Assembly (NCBI GenBank): GCA_051294375.1
Contig: CM119263.1
Span: 3,858,940-3,922,939 of the forward strand
DNA length: 64,000 nucleotides
DNA from: Paraspadella gotoi
Lineage: Eukaryota > Animalia > Chaetognatha
Reading direction: 5' to 3'
Position numbers and translations under genes: made by a program. The notes under the pieces were generated by a model. The model saw nothing but the letters and a program-made list of their open reading frames with translations, did no database searches and was not told the DNA's origin. Shown piece after piece: positions 26,348-35,908 of the stretch. Position 1 is the first letter of the stretch. Each line of letters begins with the position of its first letter.

Positions 26348-29300
26348 GAGAGAGGAGAGAGAGAGAGAGAGAGAGAGATATTAANNNNNNNNNNNNNNNN
26401 NNNNNNNNNCCGGCGACGGCCGCGCAGCTGTCGCTCAGCGCTGCCGTGGCTGCCGCGTCGGGCGCCTCCAGCAACGCCTCCAGCATCACCAACATTTCGC
26501 AAATGATTCCGAGTAATGAGGACGGATGGTTTGATTGAATTGAATGGAAGGGGGCGGGAGTGCTGGAAATATATCACTCCTGGAAAATGATACTTTACCG
26601 TGAAAAAAAAATGTGTCGAACTGTGAAATGTGGAGGGAAAAGGAAGAGAGAATGAAAGGGAGAAAAGGGGGGGGGCATTGAGATAACGCGGGGTGACTCG
26701 GACCAAAGAGCGACAGTCGTTGACAGAACCGGAATCTTTTTTTTTATGCCATTAAAAACCTTTTATCTCTAAAATTCCCCCCCCCCTCATCGCCCCATTC
26801 ACTGGAATGGTTGACTAAGTGAAAAGTTTATTCTTTTTTCCAAGTTGGCCGACGGAGAAACTTTTATTTCGAACAATGTTGATTAACTAGTTATTACTTT
26901 ATTGGAATTAGATCGGGAAATTTAAAAAAAAAGACTATGCGGTACTGAATAAAATACATCGAAAGTTAATTTCCGACAGAATAATTGAACTTGGTTTTTT
27001 TTTTTTTTTTAAATTTCCGCCCTGTTGGTCCAGACACGGTGGGCAACACAGAAGGATCTAGCGTCGATGGAATCAATTTGGATGAAATCAAAGAATTCGC
27101 GAAACAATTTAAGATCCGACGCTTGTCTCTCGGTCTCACTCAAACTCAGGTCAAAACAAGAAACGTGCGTCAGAGAATAGGTTCTTTTTATATATTAAAT
27201 TACATAATATAATAATTTATAATATCGTATTATATTTATTATCATATTTTATTATGTATATTATTAGATGAGCGTTCGACATTTCGCTCGAACTATGAAT
27301 TACTTACGCTAATTTTCTGAGACGCATATATTTAAACTTTTATTTTTGGCAAATACGCTAAGTCTCGGAAAGTCTCTTTCAAGCAAAACATTTTTTATGA
27401 TTTATAAAGAGAAAACTAAAAAAAAAATACAGTAACTGAAAAACTCCCTCGAAAACTAAGGCAAAAGTAAAATATTCACCAAGCCGAAATAAACACGAAA
27501 AAAATATTTTAAAACAATCGATAAAAATAGGTTTATAGTTCTTTTCATCTCCCCGGCGGGGAATCGAACCCCGGTCTTTCGCGTGACAGGCGANNNNNNN
27601 NNNNNNNNNNNNNNNNNNNNNNNNNNNNNNNNNNNNNNNNNNNNNNNNNNNNNNNNNNNNNNNNNNNNNNNNNNNNNNNNNNNNNNNNNNNNNNNNNNNN
27701 NNNNNNNNNNNNNNNNNNNNNNNNNNNNNNNNNNNNNNNNNNNNNNNNNNNNNNNNNNNNNNNNNNNNNNNNNNNNNNNNNNNNNNNNNNNNNNNNNNNN
27801 NNNNNNNNNNNNNNNNNNNNNNNNNNNNNNNNNNNNNNNNNNNNNNNNNNNNNNNNNNNNNNNNNNNNNNNNNNNNNNNNNNNNNNNNNNNNNNNNNNNN
27901 NNNNNNNNNNNNNNNNNNNNNNNNNNNNNNNNNNNNNNNNNNNNNNNNNNNNNNNNNNNNNNNNNNNNNNNNNNNNNNNNNNNNNNNNNNNNNNNNNNNN
28001 NNNNNNNNNNNNNNNNNNNNNNNNNNNNNNNNNNNNNNNNNNNNNNNNNNNNNNNNNNNNNNNNNNNNNNNNNNNNNNNNNNNNNNNNNNNNNNNNNNNN
28101 NNNNNNNNNNNNNNNNNNNNNNNNNNNNNNNNNNNNNNNNNNNNNNNNNNNNNNNNNNNNNNNNNNNNNNNNNNNNNNNNNNNNNNNNNNNNNNNNNNNN
28201 NNNNNNNNNNNNNNNNNNNNNNNNNNNNNNNNNNNNNNNNNNNNNNNNNNNNNNNNNNNNNNNNNNNNNNNNNNNNNNNNNNNNNNNNNNNNNNNNNNNN
28301 NNNNNNNNNNNNNNNNNNNNNNNNNNNNNNNNNNNNNNNNNNNNNNNNNNNNNNNNNNNNNNNNNNNNNNNNNNNNNNNNNNNNNNNNNNNNNNNNNNNN
28401 NNNNNNNNNNNNNNNNNNNNNNNNNNNNNNNNNNNNNNNNNNNNNNNNNNNNNNNNNNNNNNNNNNNNNNNNNNNNNNNNNNNNNNNNNNNNNNNNAATT
28501 ATGTATAATTATACTCATACCTTACATAAAAATTAAGATACAATATCATTCTCCTCGGCGGGGAATCGAACCCCGGTCTTTCGCGTGACAGGCGAAGATA
28601 CTCACCACTATACTACCGAGGAGACATTTTTTAGCTATCTTTTAATTAAATTGCTTTCAAAAGTATTATGTTATGTTATTAAAAACGTTTTATTCAGTGG
28701 AGACGTATGTTTTTGTTAAAAGTTTTCACTTTTTCCTAAACCCAACTCATCCTCTTCCTTTGTCTGCTCAGGTGGGACAAGCGCTGTCGGCGACAGAGGG
28801 ACCCGCCTATTCCCAGTCGGCCATCTGTCGGTTCGAAAAACTCGATATCACGCCGAAGAGCGCGCAGAAGATGAAGCCTGTGTTGGAGGCTTGGATGGCG
28901 GAGGCTGAGGAAAGGTGAGGAAAGAAGAGAGAGAGAAGGAAAGAAAAGAAGGTAAGAAAAGAAGGAAAGAATAGAAGGAGAGGAAGTATGGAGAACATGG
29001 GGAAAAAGAAAAGAGAAAACCAAAAAGAAAAGCAGAGAAATTAAGGATAGAGAGAAGGAAAGAAAAGAAGAAATATAATAAGTAGGGAAGAAAAGAAGAT
29101 AGAGAGAAGGAAAGAAAAGAAGATAGAGAGAAGGAAAGAAAAGAAGGAAAGATAATAAGTAGGGAAGAAAAGAAGAAAGAGAGAAGGAAAGAAAAGAAGG
29201 AAAGAAAAGAAGGAAAGAAAAGAAGGAAAAGAAGAATAGAAAACATGGGGAAAAAGAAAAGAGAAAACCAAAAAGAAAAGCAGAGAAATGAAGGATAGAG

Positions 29301-30808
29301 AGAAGGAAAGAAAAGAAGGAAAGATAATAAGTAGGGAAGAAAAGAAGAGAGAGAGAAGGAAAGAAACGAAGAGAGAGAGAAGGAAAGAAAAGAAGACAAA
29401 GAGAAGGAAAGAAAAGGAGGAAGGAGAGAAAACAAGAAATGGAAGGAGAGAGAGAGAGAGAAGGAAAGAAAAAGAAAATGAACGCTCATCAATATTTCAC
29501 ACGATTCGGTGAGGTCAATATCTGATTGATCGCCTAACTGCTTGCTTCTCCCAATCATTCCATTCCCCCCCCTCAGATACAAGCACGGGGCGCAGAACCT
29601 TTCCGAGTTCATCGGCAGCGAGCCACAAAAAAAGAGAAAGAGACGCACCTCATTTACTCCTCAGGCTCTGGAGATTCTCAACGAGGCCTTCGAGGGGAAC
29701 ACTCACCCATCAGGTGGGTGAAGGGTGATGATCACTAATCGGGTGGGTGAAGACTGTGGGGGTTGATCACTAATTAGGTTAAGGATAAGTAACATGTATC
29801 AAAAATATAATCTTCATCAAAGCGAAAGTAAGGTTAAAGTTTAAAGTTTTAACTTTTAAGTATAAAATATAAAACATACAGTAACGTATTAGGTATGAGT
29901 TTAAATATTAGATCTTCGTAGAAAAAAATTTTAGGTAAAAAAGAACTTTTTTTAATATTTAATTTATTAGACGGATTAGATTTCCGTTACTTATCAACCG
30001 GCGATTACGTATATTTAATACAAGCGACGTTATGTAATATTTTTTTTCTTATTTCATTTTTGTCGAGTTTGAATATCGACTGATTCATATGGTTTTTTTT
30101 CTTTTTTTATCTTCCAGACCGGATAATAATGCGTCGTAGTATTTTTTTCTTATTAATTTTTATTTGCGAGTTCTCGCTGAGAAACTCTGTAAGCCACTTT
30201 TCGGTCGGTCTGTCGGTCGAATAAAACAAAATTAAACGATAATTATAAAGAAAACAAAATATTTGAATCTTCAATCACTACAAAAATGAGAAGCCATCGA
30301 AGTATATTTTGTACAATAGCTCTTTTGGGACTAAATTGTCCGGTCAAAAGTCAGAAGTTACCATCCATCACTTTGATTTTCGCCAAAATTTTTCAATTTT
30401 TTTTAAGGAACCGGGGCGAAAAAACGTGACGTGCTATGCAAAATGCAATAGTTTTATCGTTTTAGTTTTTATCATGACATCGCTTTTTGAATGTACATTA
30501 TTTTTAATTCTTATTATTTTATCCCTTAGAACCCTAACCTGTAACCCGATCTTCAAACCTAAAAACATATTTAATTCATAATTTAATATGAAATTGGGCG
30601 AAGTAGGAAAATAAAGCCGAAACATCCTCACGCTTTTTAATTATATTTATTTTGTTTTGTTTTGTTTTGTTTTTTGTTTTTTTCAGGTGCGGAAATGACG
30701 GACATTTCGGAGAAACTCAACTACGACCGCGAAGTCGTTCGCGTTTGGTTCTGCAACAGGCGACAGGCGTTGAAGAACACCATCAAGAAACTCAAGTCCG
30801 CTGAATAA
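7206..30808 (+). CDS. POU6F2: Class VI POU-homeodomain transcription factor (POU6F1/POU6F2/pdm3-like), multi-exon
   Basis: Exons 7206-7301, 8427-8541, 8682-8855, 9653-10072, 13239-13377, 14880-14976, 17373-17585, ~26410-26512 (5' end in the gap; read as LLNPAT from the inverted copy), 27034-27149, 28772-28914, 29577-29713, 30687-30808. N-terminal LLKQ|DPMISGQD resembles the POU6F2 start. POU-specific domain INLDEIKEFAKQFKIRRLSLGLTQTQ|VGQALSATEGPAYSQSAICRFEKLDITPKSAQKMKPVLEAWMAEAE and homeodomain KKRKRRTSFTPQALEILNEAFEGNTHPS|GAEMTDISEKLNYDREVVRVWFCNRRQ are diagnostic of class VI. Exons 13239 and 14880 each need a 1-bp correction. The symbol denotes the family, not a proven one-to-one orthologue. 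Confidence 0.9.
8090..8426 (+). repeat. Degenerate ~30-bp tandem repeat (CCCTCCAACCAATCAGC..AACGATTT) ending in the POU6 exon-2 acceptor
   Basis: Roughly ten recognisable CAACCAAT(C/T)AG units; the last unit supplies the real acceptor ccaatcag|GAC at 8426/8427. Confidence 0.8.
8883..9200 (+). repeat. 18-bp minisatellite GATTACGATTAGGGCTTT, decaying into GATTGGGGCTTT-like units to ~9550
   Basis: Direct reading of about 17 units in POU6 intron 3. Confidence 0.92.
10582..11750 (+). CDS. Intronic same-strand ORF: Q/P/A-rich protein with a predicted coiled coil; candidate alternative POU6 exon or nested gene
   Basis: GC-rich open frame of ~350 codons. Heptad-like segment EEAIRRKAEECEKIQDILVEIQKQFDKKNEQLHRLKLEIELISAEKNKKETELNAARLSL. 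Possible phase-1 acceptor at 10581/10582, in-frame ATG at 10626, possible donor CAG|gtggag at 11657; otherwise it runs into a GA repeat to TGA 11750. Confidence 0.65.
11661..12070. repeat. Imperfect (GA)n tract
   Basis: Direct reading. Confidence 0.9.
13699..14312. mobile_element. Non-autonomous foldback DNA transposon (MITE) with 8-bp TSD
   Basis: Termini TAAGGCGTAGT...ACTACGCCTTA, flanked by TTGGACAG at 13691-13698 and 14313-14320. The body is an imperfect palindrome (CGCAGTAGGC/GCCTACTGCG, TGCAGATTTG/CAAATCTGCA, TTCATTAAGTGGGT/ACCCACTTAATGAA). Confidence 0.88.
14345..14692 (+). repeat. Dispersed repeat family A (full copy 14345-14553, partial copy ~14628-14692)
   Basis: Shares AAGCTTTCAATCAA...ACTCCCAGA...CTGG.TTCCC.ATCAATGAAGTGGAA...GCACCAGCAT with 35436-35611 (+) and 49880-49972 (-). 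Confidence 0.8.
16835..17340. repeat. C/T-rich low-complexity tract upstream of POU6 exon 17373
   Basis: Direct reading; it generates spurious Pro/Ser- and Gly/Glu-rich ORFs. Confidence 0.85.
18083..18384 (+). CDS. Candidate alternative POU6 exon (Pro/Ser/Ala-rich, SAPPPT repeats)
   Basis: Pyrimidine tract then aaag|ACG (phase 0, matching the donor at 17585). Reads TPSPSSPRCQSPTLSAPPPTISAPPPTISAPPPTLSAPSQTLIPIAPAKTPPRPQIAYLVVRG...; donor TG|gtcggt is phase 2. Unspliced, the frame stops at 18472. Confidence 0.55.
19051..19227 (+). repeat. Local tandem duplication of ~90 bp
   Basis: TGAATC.GTCTCTTGATTATTCTAAACACT.GCTCCAGTGGCTCCTATGAAGCTCCTA.AAAACTACATTTATCAATT occurs twice. Confidence 0.9.
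19404..20424 (+). CDS. Candidate alternative terminal exon of the POU6 locus (340 codons, no POU domain)
   Basis: Strong acceptor cttctcattccag|G (phase 2 for the long frame), GC-rich uninterrupted frame, non-repetitive motifs STLVVRTTDGRTMELKL and EEGMVTIPLSLLKRLDPRFYNLVVGG, TAA at 20422-20424, AATAAA at 20734-20739. Confidence 0.65.
24502..24572 (+). tRNA. trnD: tRNA-Asp(GTC), copy with indels inside the inverted duplicate
   Basis: TCCTCGG-AGTATAGTGGTGAGTATCTTCGCCT-TCACGCGAAAAGACCGGGGTTCGATTCCCCGCCGAGGAG; the anticodon loop lacks one base, whereas its counterpart at 28551-28622 is intact. Confidence 0.7.
24781..24850 (+). tRNA. trnD: tRNA-Asp(GTC)
   Basis: A box TAGTATAGTGG, anticodon loop CTGTCAC, B box GGTTCGATTCC, acceptor TCCTCGG/CCGAGGA; two 1-bp deletions relative to 28551-28622. 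Confidence 0.8.
25059..25129 (+). tRNA. trnD: tRNA-Asp(GTC)
   Basis: TCCTCGGTAGTATAGTGGTAAGTATCTTCGCCTGTCACGCGAAAGACCGGGGTTCGATTCCCGCCGGGGAG folds as a cloverleaf with anticodon GTC. Confidence 0.88.
27549..27593 (-). tRNA. trnD: tRNA-Asp(GTC), 3' part only, truncated by an N gap
   Basis: Reverse complement TCGCCTGTCACGCGAAAGACCGGGGTTCGATTCCCCGCCGGGGAG. Confidence 0.75.
28551..28622 (-). tRNA. trnD: tRNA-Asp(GTC), intact 72 nt, antisense within a POU6 intron
   Basis: Reverse complement TCCTCGGTAGTATAGTGGTGAGTATCTTCGCCTGTCACGCGAAAGACCGGGGTTCGATTCCCCGCCGAGGAG: 7-bp acceptor stem, anticodon stem TTCGC/GCGAA, T stem CGGGG/CCCCG. Confidence 0.95.
28920..29480. repeat. Purine-rich degenerate minisatellite (GAGAGAAGGAAAGAAAAGAA units) in a POU6 intron
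   Basis: Direct reading; mirrored at ~23650-24205. Confidence 0.85.
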
Positions 30809-31253
30809 GGATAACAACAACAACAACAACAACGACGACATCGAATCTTCGGAAAAAAATATCAAGTCGACGACGATTGGTGACGGGACGCTGCAAACCG
30901 CGATTGACGGATGATTGATTGTTTGATTGGTTAATTCATCGATAACGGTCTTGAGGGACAGCAATACTAGACTTCAATAAGAACTACACTTTATTATCAT
31001 AAAGGTAGCATTCTATTTTAAGTAATAGAGTAATACAAAAATTGACTTTTTCTAAGAGAACTGCTCAATTAACTCATTACAGGTAAATAAGAGAATAATA
31101 TTAATGTTTAAAAGGACAAAAATGACTGTGTACGTTAACTTTGTAACCTTACACAAACCTTACATTAACTTAATGACATTCAATGACCTTCAATGAAAAT
31201 GACGTAAAATATGAATATTGACGATGAGAAAACGATTTCAAAATCGACGACGA

Positions 31254-31287
<34 letters not shown>

Positions 31288-34200
31288 AGCAGCGGAGAAT
31301 AGCCTCTTTTTGCAACAACGACAATAACAACGAAAACCTCTCACCCTCCCGAACAACAAAAGATAAATTTTAATTTTCAATAAAGAAAATATATTTTCGG
31401 CCAAATATCAATATCGATAGCAGCTTAGTTAAAACTGTGTGGAAAAAATTAGAAATTACGTATAAATTTTACAACCAATCAGAGAAGGTGCTATTTATCT
31501 GTAGCCAAAAAAAAAGTGCTGTTAAATCTTTTTTCCGAGTTAAACATAGACAAAATTGTTTTTGTTTTTGTTTTTTTTTCACAACGAAGATTTCCTCAAA
31601 TGTTAAGAAGTATGTGACTCGAAAATACGGTTATTCACACAAAGAACATTATCTTTTTTTTTCACCGTCTAAAGTTTTGGTCGCTCAAATCTTTCTCGTC
31701 TTCCTACGGGTGAAACAATAAAAACAAAAGAGAACAAAGATTCCAAAAAGTCTTGAGTTCGAATCCCGGGTCCACTTTCTCTTTTTTTCTGTGGTTGCAC
31801 AAAAAAGAAGGATTCTTAGCGCCCCCTCCCGGCCCTTCCCCTTCATGGCCAAAATCATATTTCCCTTTTCTTTCCTCCTTCCCCATTTCATTTGACTTTT
31901 CCTTTAGTTTTTTAAAATAGTTTATTTTAAATAGTTTATTGTAGGTATCTTTGGTTATTTTCTTTAATTTCCTTAATTTCCTTCTCTCTTTTTTTTCTTT
32001 CTTTCCTTTTTTCTTTCTTTCAATTCTCTTTTAAAATTTGTTTCCCTTTTCTTTCTTTCTTTCTTTCTTTCTTTTCTTTTTTCCGAATCTTCCTTTCTTA
32101 TCTTTCTTTCTTTTCTTTCTTTCTTCTTTCTTTCTTTCTTTCTTCTCTCTCTTCTCTTTTCTCTTTTTTTCCCTTTCTTCTTTTTATTTTCCTTCCTCCT
32201 TTCTTCTCCTTCTTTCTTTCCTGACTTTTCCTTTCTTTTTCTTTCCTCCGTTTTCTCTCCTTCCCTCTATTTTCTTTTAACTTGAGTCCTTTATTTTTTT
32301 TCTTTTTTGTTTTTGGCCCATTCTCATTTCTCCACATCCTACTCCAACTCAACTTTACCGCTCAGCCAATCCCCCCCCTCTCCCCTCCTCCATTCTCCCT
32401 CCCTCCCCTCTCCTCCCCTGTCCTTTCCCTTCCCCCCTGTCCCTCCCTTCACTTTTCTCTCCCCTTCTTTCCGTTCGGCCTTTTTTAAATAGTGAACCGT
32501 GTGGCATTGGGCAGTTGATTTTGATTTGGGTATTTTCAACAATGAAATTGAAAACTTAAATAACTATTATTCTTTTTTTCCCACTGATAAATATGAAACA
32601 CTCTTTCTTTAAAAAAAAACGGTTGGCTATAGTTATCTTCTCCTTATAACATAGAACTCACTGGGTGAATTTCTAATGCTTTCAAATACGGTAGACATTG
32701 ATTTCTTTCGACAATCATTCTAATTACGGGTATCTGCCAATAAATTTAAGATGAATACTAAAACGATTTTTCATGGTAAGGAACTTTTAAAGATTAAATT
32801 GCTCGTCAGATCTATCTGCGTTTTTTAAGATAATACTATACTGCTTTAGGCAAAAAGGCAGATAGACGGTATATTTTTAAAAAACTGTTTTTCCTTTTTT
32901 TTATCCACTATTTTTTTCTCTCTTGAACCTTCTCTCTGTCCCTCTTTCTTTTTCTTCTTTCTCTTCTGCTTCTGTCATACCTTACTCTGTACCCTTATCA
33001 TTCATATTTTTGTCCTCATATTCCTGTGTCATCCCTTCTTTTCCTTCCTTAACCTTTATTTCCCCTTCCTCCAATCTCTGTTTTTCTCTCTCCTCTCTGA
33101 TTCTCTTTCCTCCCTGTTTCTTATCTTTTCTTTTCTCTCAATTGATTCTCGTTTCCCCTCCCCATATATTAATTTCTTCCAACTCTTTTCTCCCTTCCCT
33201 TCAATTTTTTTTCACCACATTCTCGTCTCTTCCTCTCATCTTTTTTTTCTCTTCATTCTCACAATGTTAAGAAAAAAAAAAATTCTAGGGTAGTGTATGG
33301 ATTTTAGCGAGAAGTTTGGTTGCCAAGCAGATTTAAAAATCAGAACATAGATTTTGCGGAATTTTTTTCCGCAAAAACCTGTCCGATGAAGAAAATTAAT
33401 TCTACTGCTGACGCTTCCCCTTTCAATAAAAGAAGGCGGTTTTTTTTTTAATTCGTCAACTTTAGTATGTTTCTCAGCTATTAAAAACTATAAAGTAAGT
33501 CAAAAACCGAGTTTAAGTTAAAATAAAACGCTCCTCACAATCCTCACAAATTAAAAAGTAGGCTTAAAAATTTTTTTCTCCAGCTAAAGTATTAAATTTA
33601 TTGCCCTAATTTTTAGGTACCAGAAGCCAAACAATTGGGAAATATTTGATTAGAATTGTGGACATTTTGGAAGTATTTTTCGTTTAACAAATTGTAAATA
33701 AAATGTAAAAAATGTAAGTTTTTGACTGATGTCAATTTAAAAAAATTTAATTCATAGGCAAAACAATAGATGATTAACAGATCATTCAATGAACCAACTC
33801 AGAGGTAAAGAAGATAAGAAGACACCAAAAGCCAGAGTAAAAAATTTTTCTTCAATGATCTTGACATTCAAATCTTCAAGACAAAAGTCAAAAATGGACA
33901 AAAATGGAATAATTTTTTTTATTAAAGTAGCAAAAATGTCATTGGATGTCTTAATTAGAAAGATGCAGGGCAGAGGATTTCAAATTAATCCGTAGTTCTA
34001 GCCAACTTTGTCTTAGAGTTAAAATTTAATCATTTTTGTTGGTAAATATCTAACAATATTTTGAAAAAAGTGGTTTTTTTGCTAAAAATTCCTAGATAGT
34101 AAATCACTGGCCAAATTGGTTTTTTCTCTCTCTCTGATTTTCCTTCTCTTCATCGAAACAAAATATAGATGTCGTTCGTTTCAGATATAAAAGAATAAAA

Positions 34201-34890
34201 AAAACAAAAAAAAAAACTGTTTCGTGGTTAATTAATTAATTATATTTTTTTTTTTAAGATCGCACGTCGCACGTTCGTAATTTACAGTCATTATCGATAT
34301 TTTTTTGTCTTTATACTTACCTTCCCCCCCAGGGAAAAACGTTTTTTTTTTCTTTTTTGTTTTTATAAACAAAACGTGTAGACTTGTTATATCTTTTTTC
34401 TTTTCCCGCCCTTCTCCAAGCCAAGCGGTATGGATCTGTTGATATTTTATCGAAAAAAAGAATTATTTCATTGAATTTTTTTTTAAATATAGCCTTGGTA
34501 ATTAAATCTCGAGTTTCTTTATATATGCATAGCGTTAGTTACGGTTGTAATTGACAACCAGACAACCAGACGTTTGTATAACGCTAGTGAACAAAAAACA
34601 GGCGTGTTTACGTTCGTTGTCATAGTTACAATTAAAATTATTTATGAACACACTCGCGAGACAGATTAAAAATGTTGATAATTTAAAGTAGAAAAAGTAC
34701 ATTCCTGAAAAGTCATGCAATTAGTTGGCTAAAATAAACAGACGTTAAATATTTAACTCTAAAACATTAGTTATATTTTGTGTCAGTAAACAAAAGATCA
34801 AGACATGAAATTACAGCCAATTTTCCGATTCATAAAGAAAAACATGAATTCTCCTTTCTTCCTCATCACGGGCCGACCCCCAAAATTCCC

Positions 34891-35870
34891 TCAGCCCCGT
34901 GCCAGAAATCGACGGCCGAAAAGGAACCCGGGCGGCACGGTGACGGAAGGCGAGTCTGTGCATCGACCGTTAGTCGTCTCGGCAGCGAACAAAACCGTTT
35001 TGTACTTTTTTCCTTCTTCTATCGGTTCGTCGTAGCCGCAGTATTCGACTCTGATTGGTTGATTGGTAATCACTTCAAATGGTGATTGATTGGTTGTTAT
35101 TGATGGGTTGTGATTTTAGTCGAACTCACATTTCGTGAAAATCGTCGTTGACTTTGATGTCCCGGATGTAGAGTTTGGGGTCTTTGATGATTGGCCAACC
35201 GCCGGGATCGAGAATCGACCATCTGCAATGCAATGAACAAGAAAACGAAATTATTTGCTTTTTTTCTCCTTTTCCTTTTATTTTCTTAGATCTCTCTTTA
35301 TTTCTGAGCTTTCCTTTTATAACTTTTATTAATTTCATTCTTCTTATTTATAATTTTTCTCCTTATGAAATTGTGAAAACCAATATGAAAAATATAAAGC
35401 ATAAAAAGGCTAACCCTAATTTTGGCCTCTATTCTTTCTTACAAGTTAATAAGATAGAAGGACCCTGTAAGCTTTCAATCAACTTTCTTACAGTCTAGTT
35501 TGTTAACTCCCAGATTATCTGGATTCCCAATCAATGAAGTGGAATGATATTTAAATAAACTGTATTAGTTCGGGCAATTCTATATTGCACTGCGCACCAG
35601 CATCAAAATATTCTTTTTTTTCCCTTTCCACCCATTTTTTTTCTTTTTTTTCACCCCTTTTTCTCTTCTCCTTTTTTTCATTCCTGATTGACGATAATTG
35701 ATTGGCGATCGTTAAATCGCCTTGATTGATTGCTTGTTCCTTTGTTCTGCAAGCTCAGCCACCTGTAGTCCCACCAGAAATGAATGGAGGAGATGTCACC
35801 GATGGGAGAAGTTGACGTAACGAGATAGAGATGACGATCGCCGGGGATGAAGGTTTCTTTGCTAGAGAGA

Positions 35871-35908
<38 letters not shown>

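Larger units (their letters stand above)
21061..26384 (-). repeat. Inverted duplicate of ~26410-32024 (3' half of POU6 gene plus tRNA array); probable haplotig or assembly artefact
   Basis: Reverse complement matches throughout exons, introns and 3' flank; bounded by N gaps at 20953-20977 and 26385-26409; differences are mostly 1-bp indels. Confidence 0.9.

Noticed and set aside
27379-28536. 317-379 aa ORFs
   Set aside because: They run through N gaps; the same applies to ORFs at 62430-63850.
189-30808. PRDM13-POU linkage as conserved synteny with vertebrate PRDM13-POU3F2
   Set aside because: The gene here is class VI, not class III, so the pairing is not orthologous.
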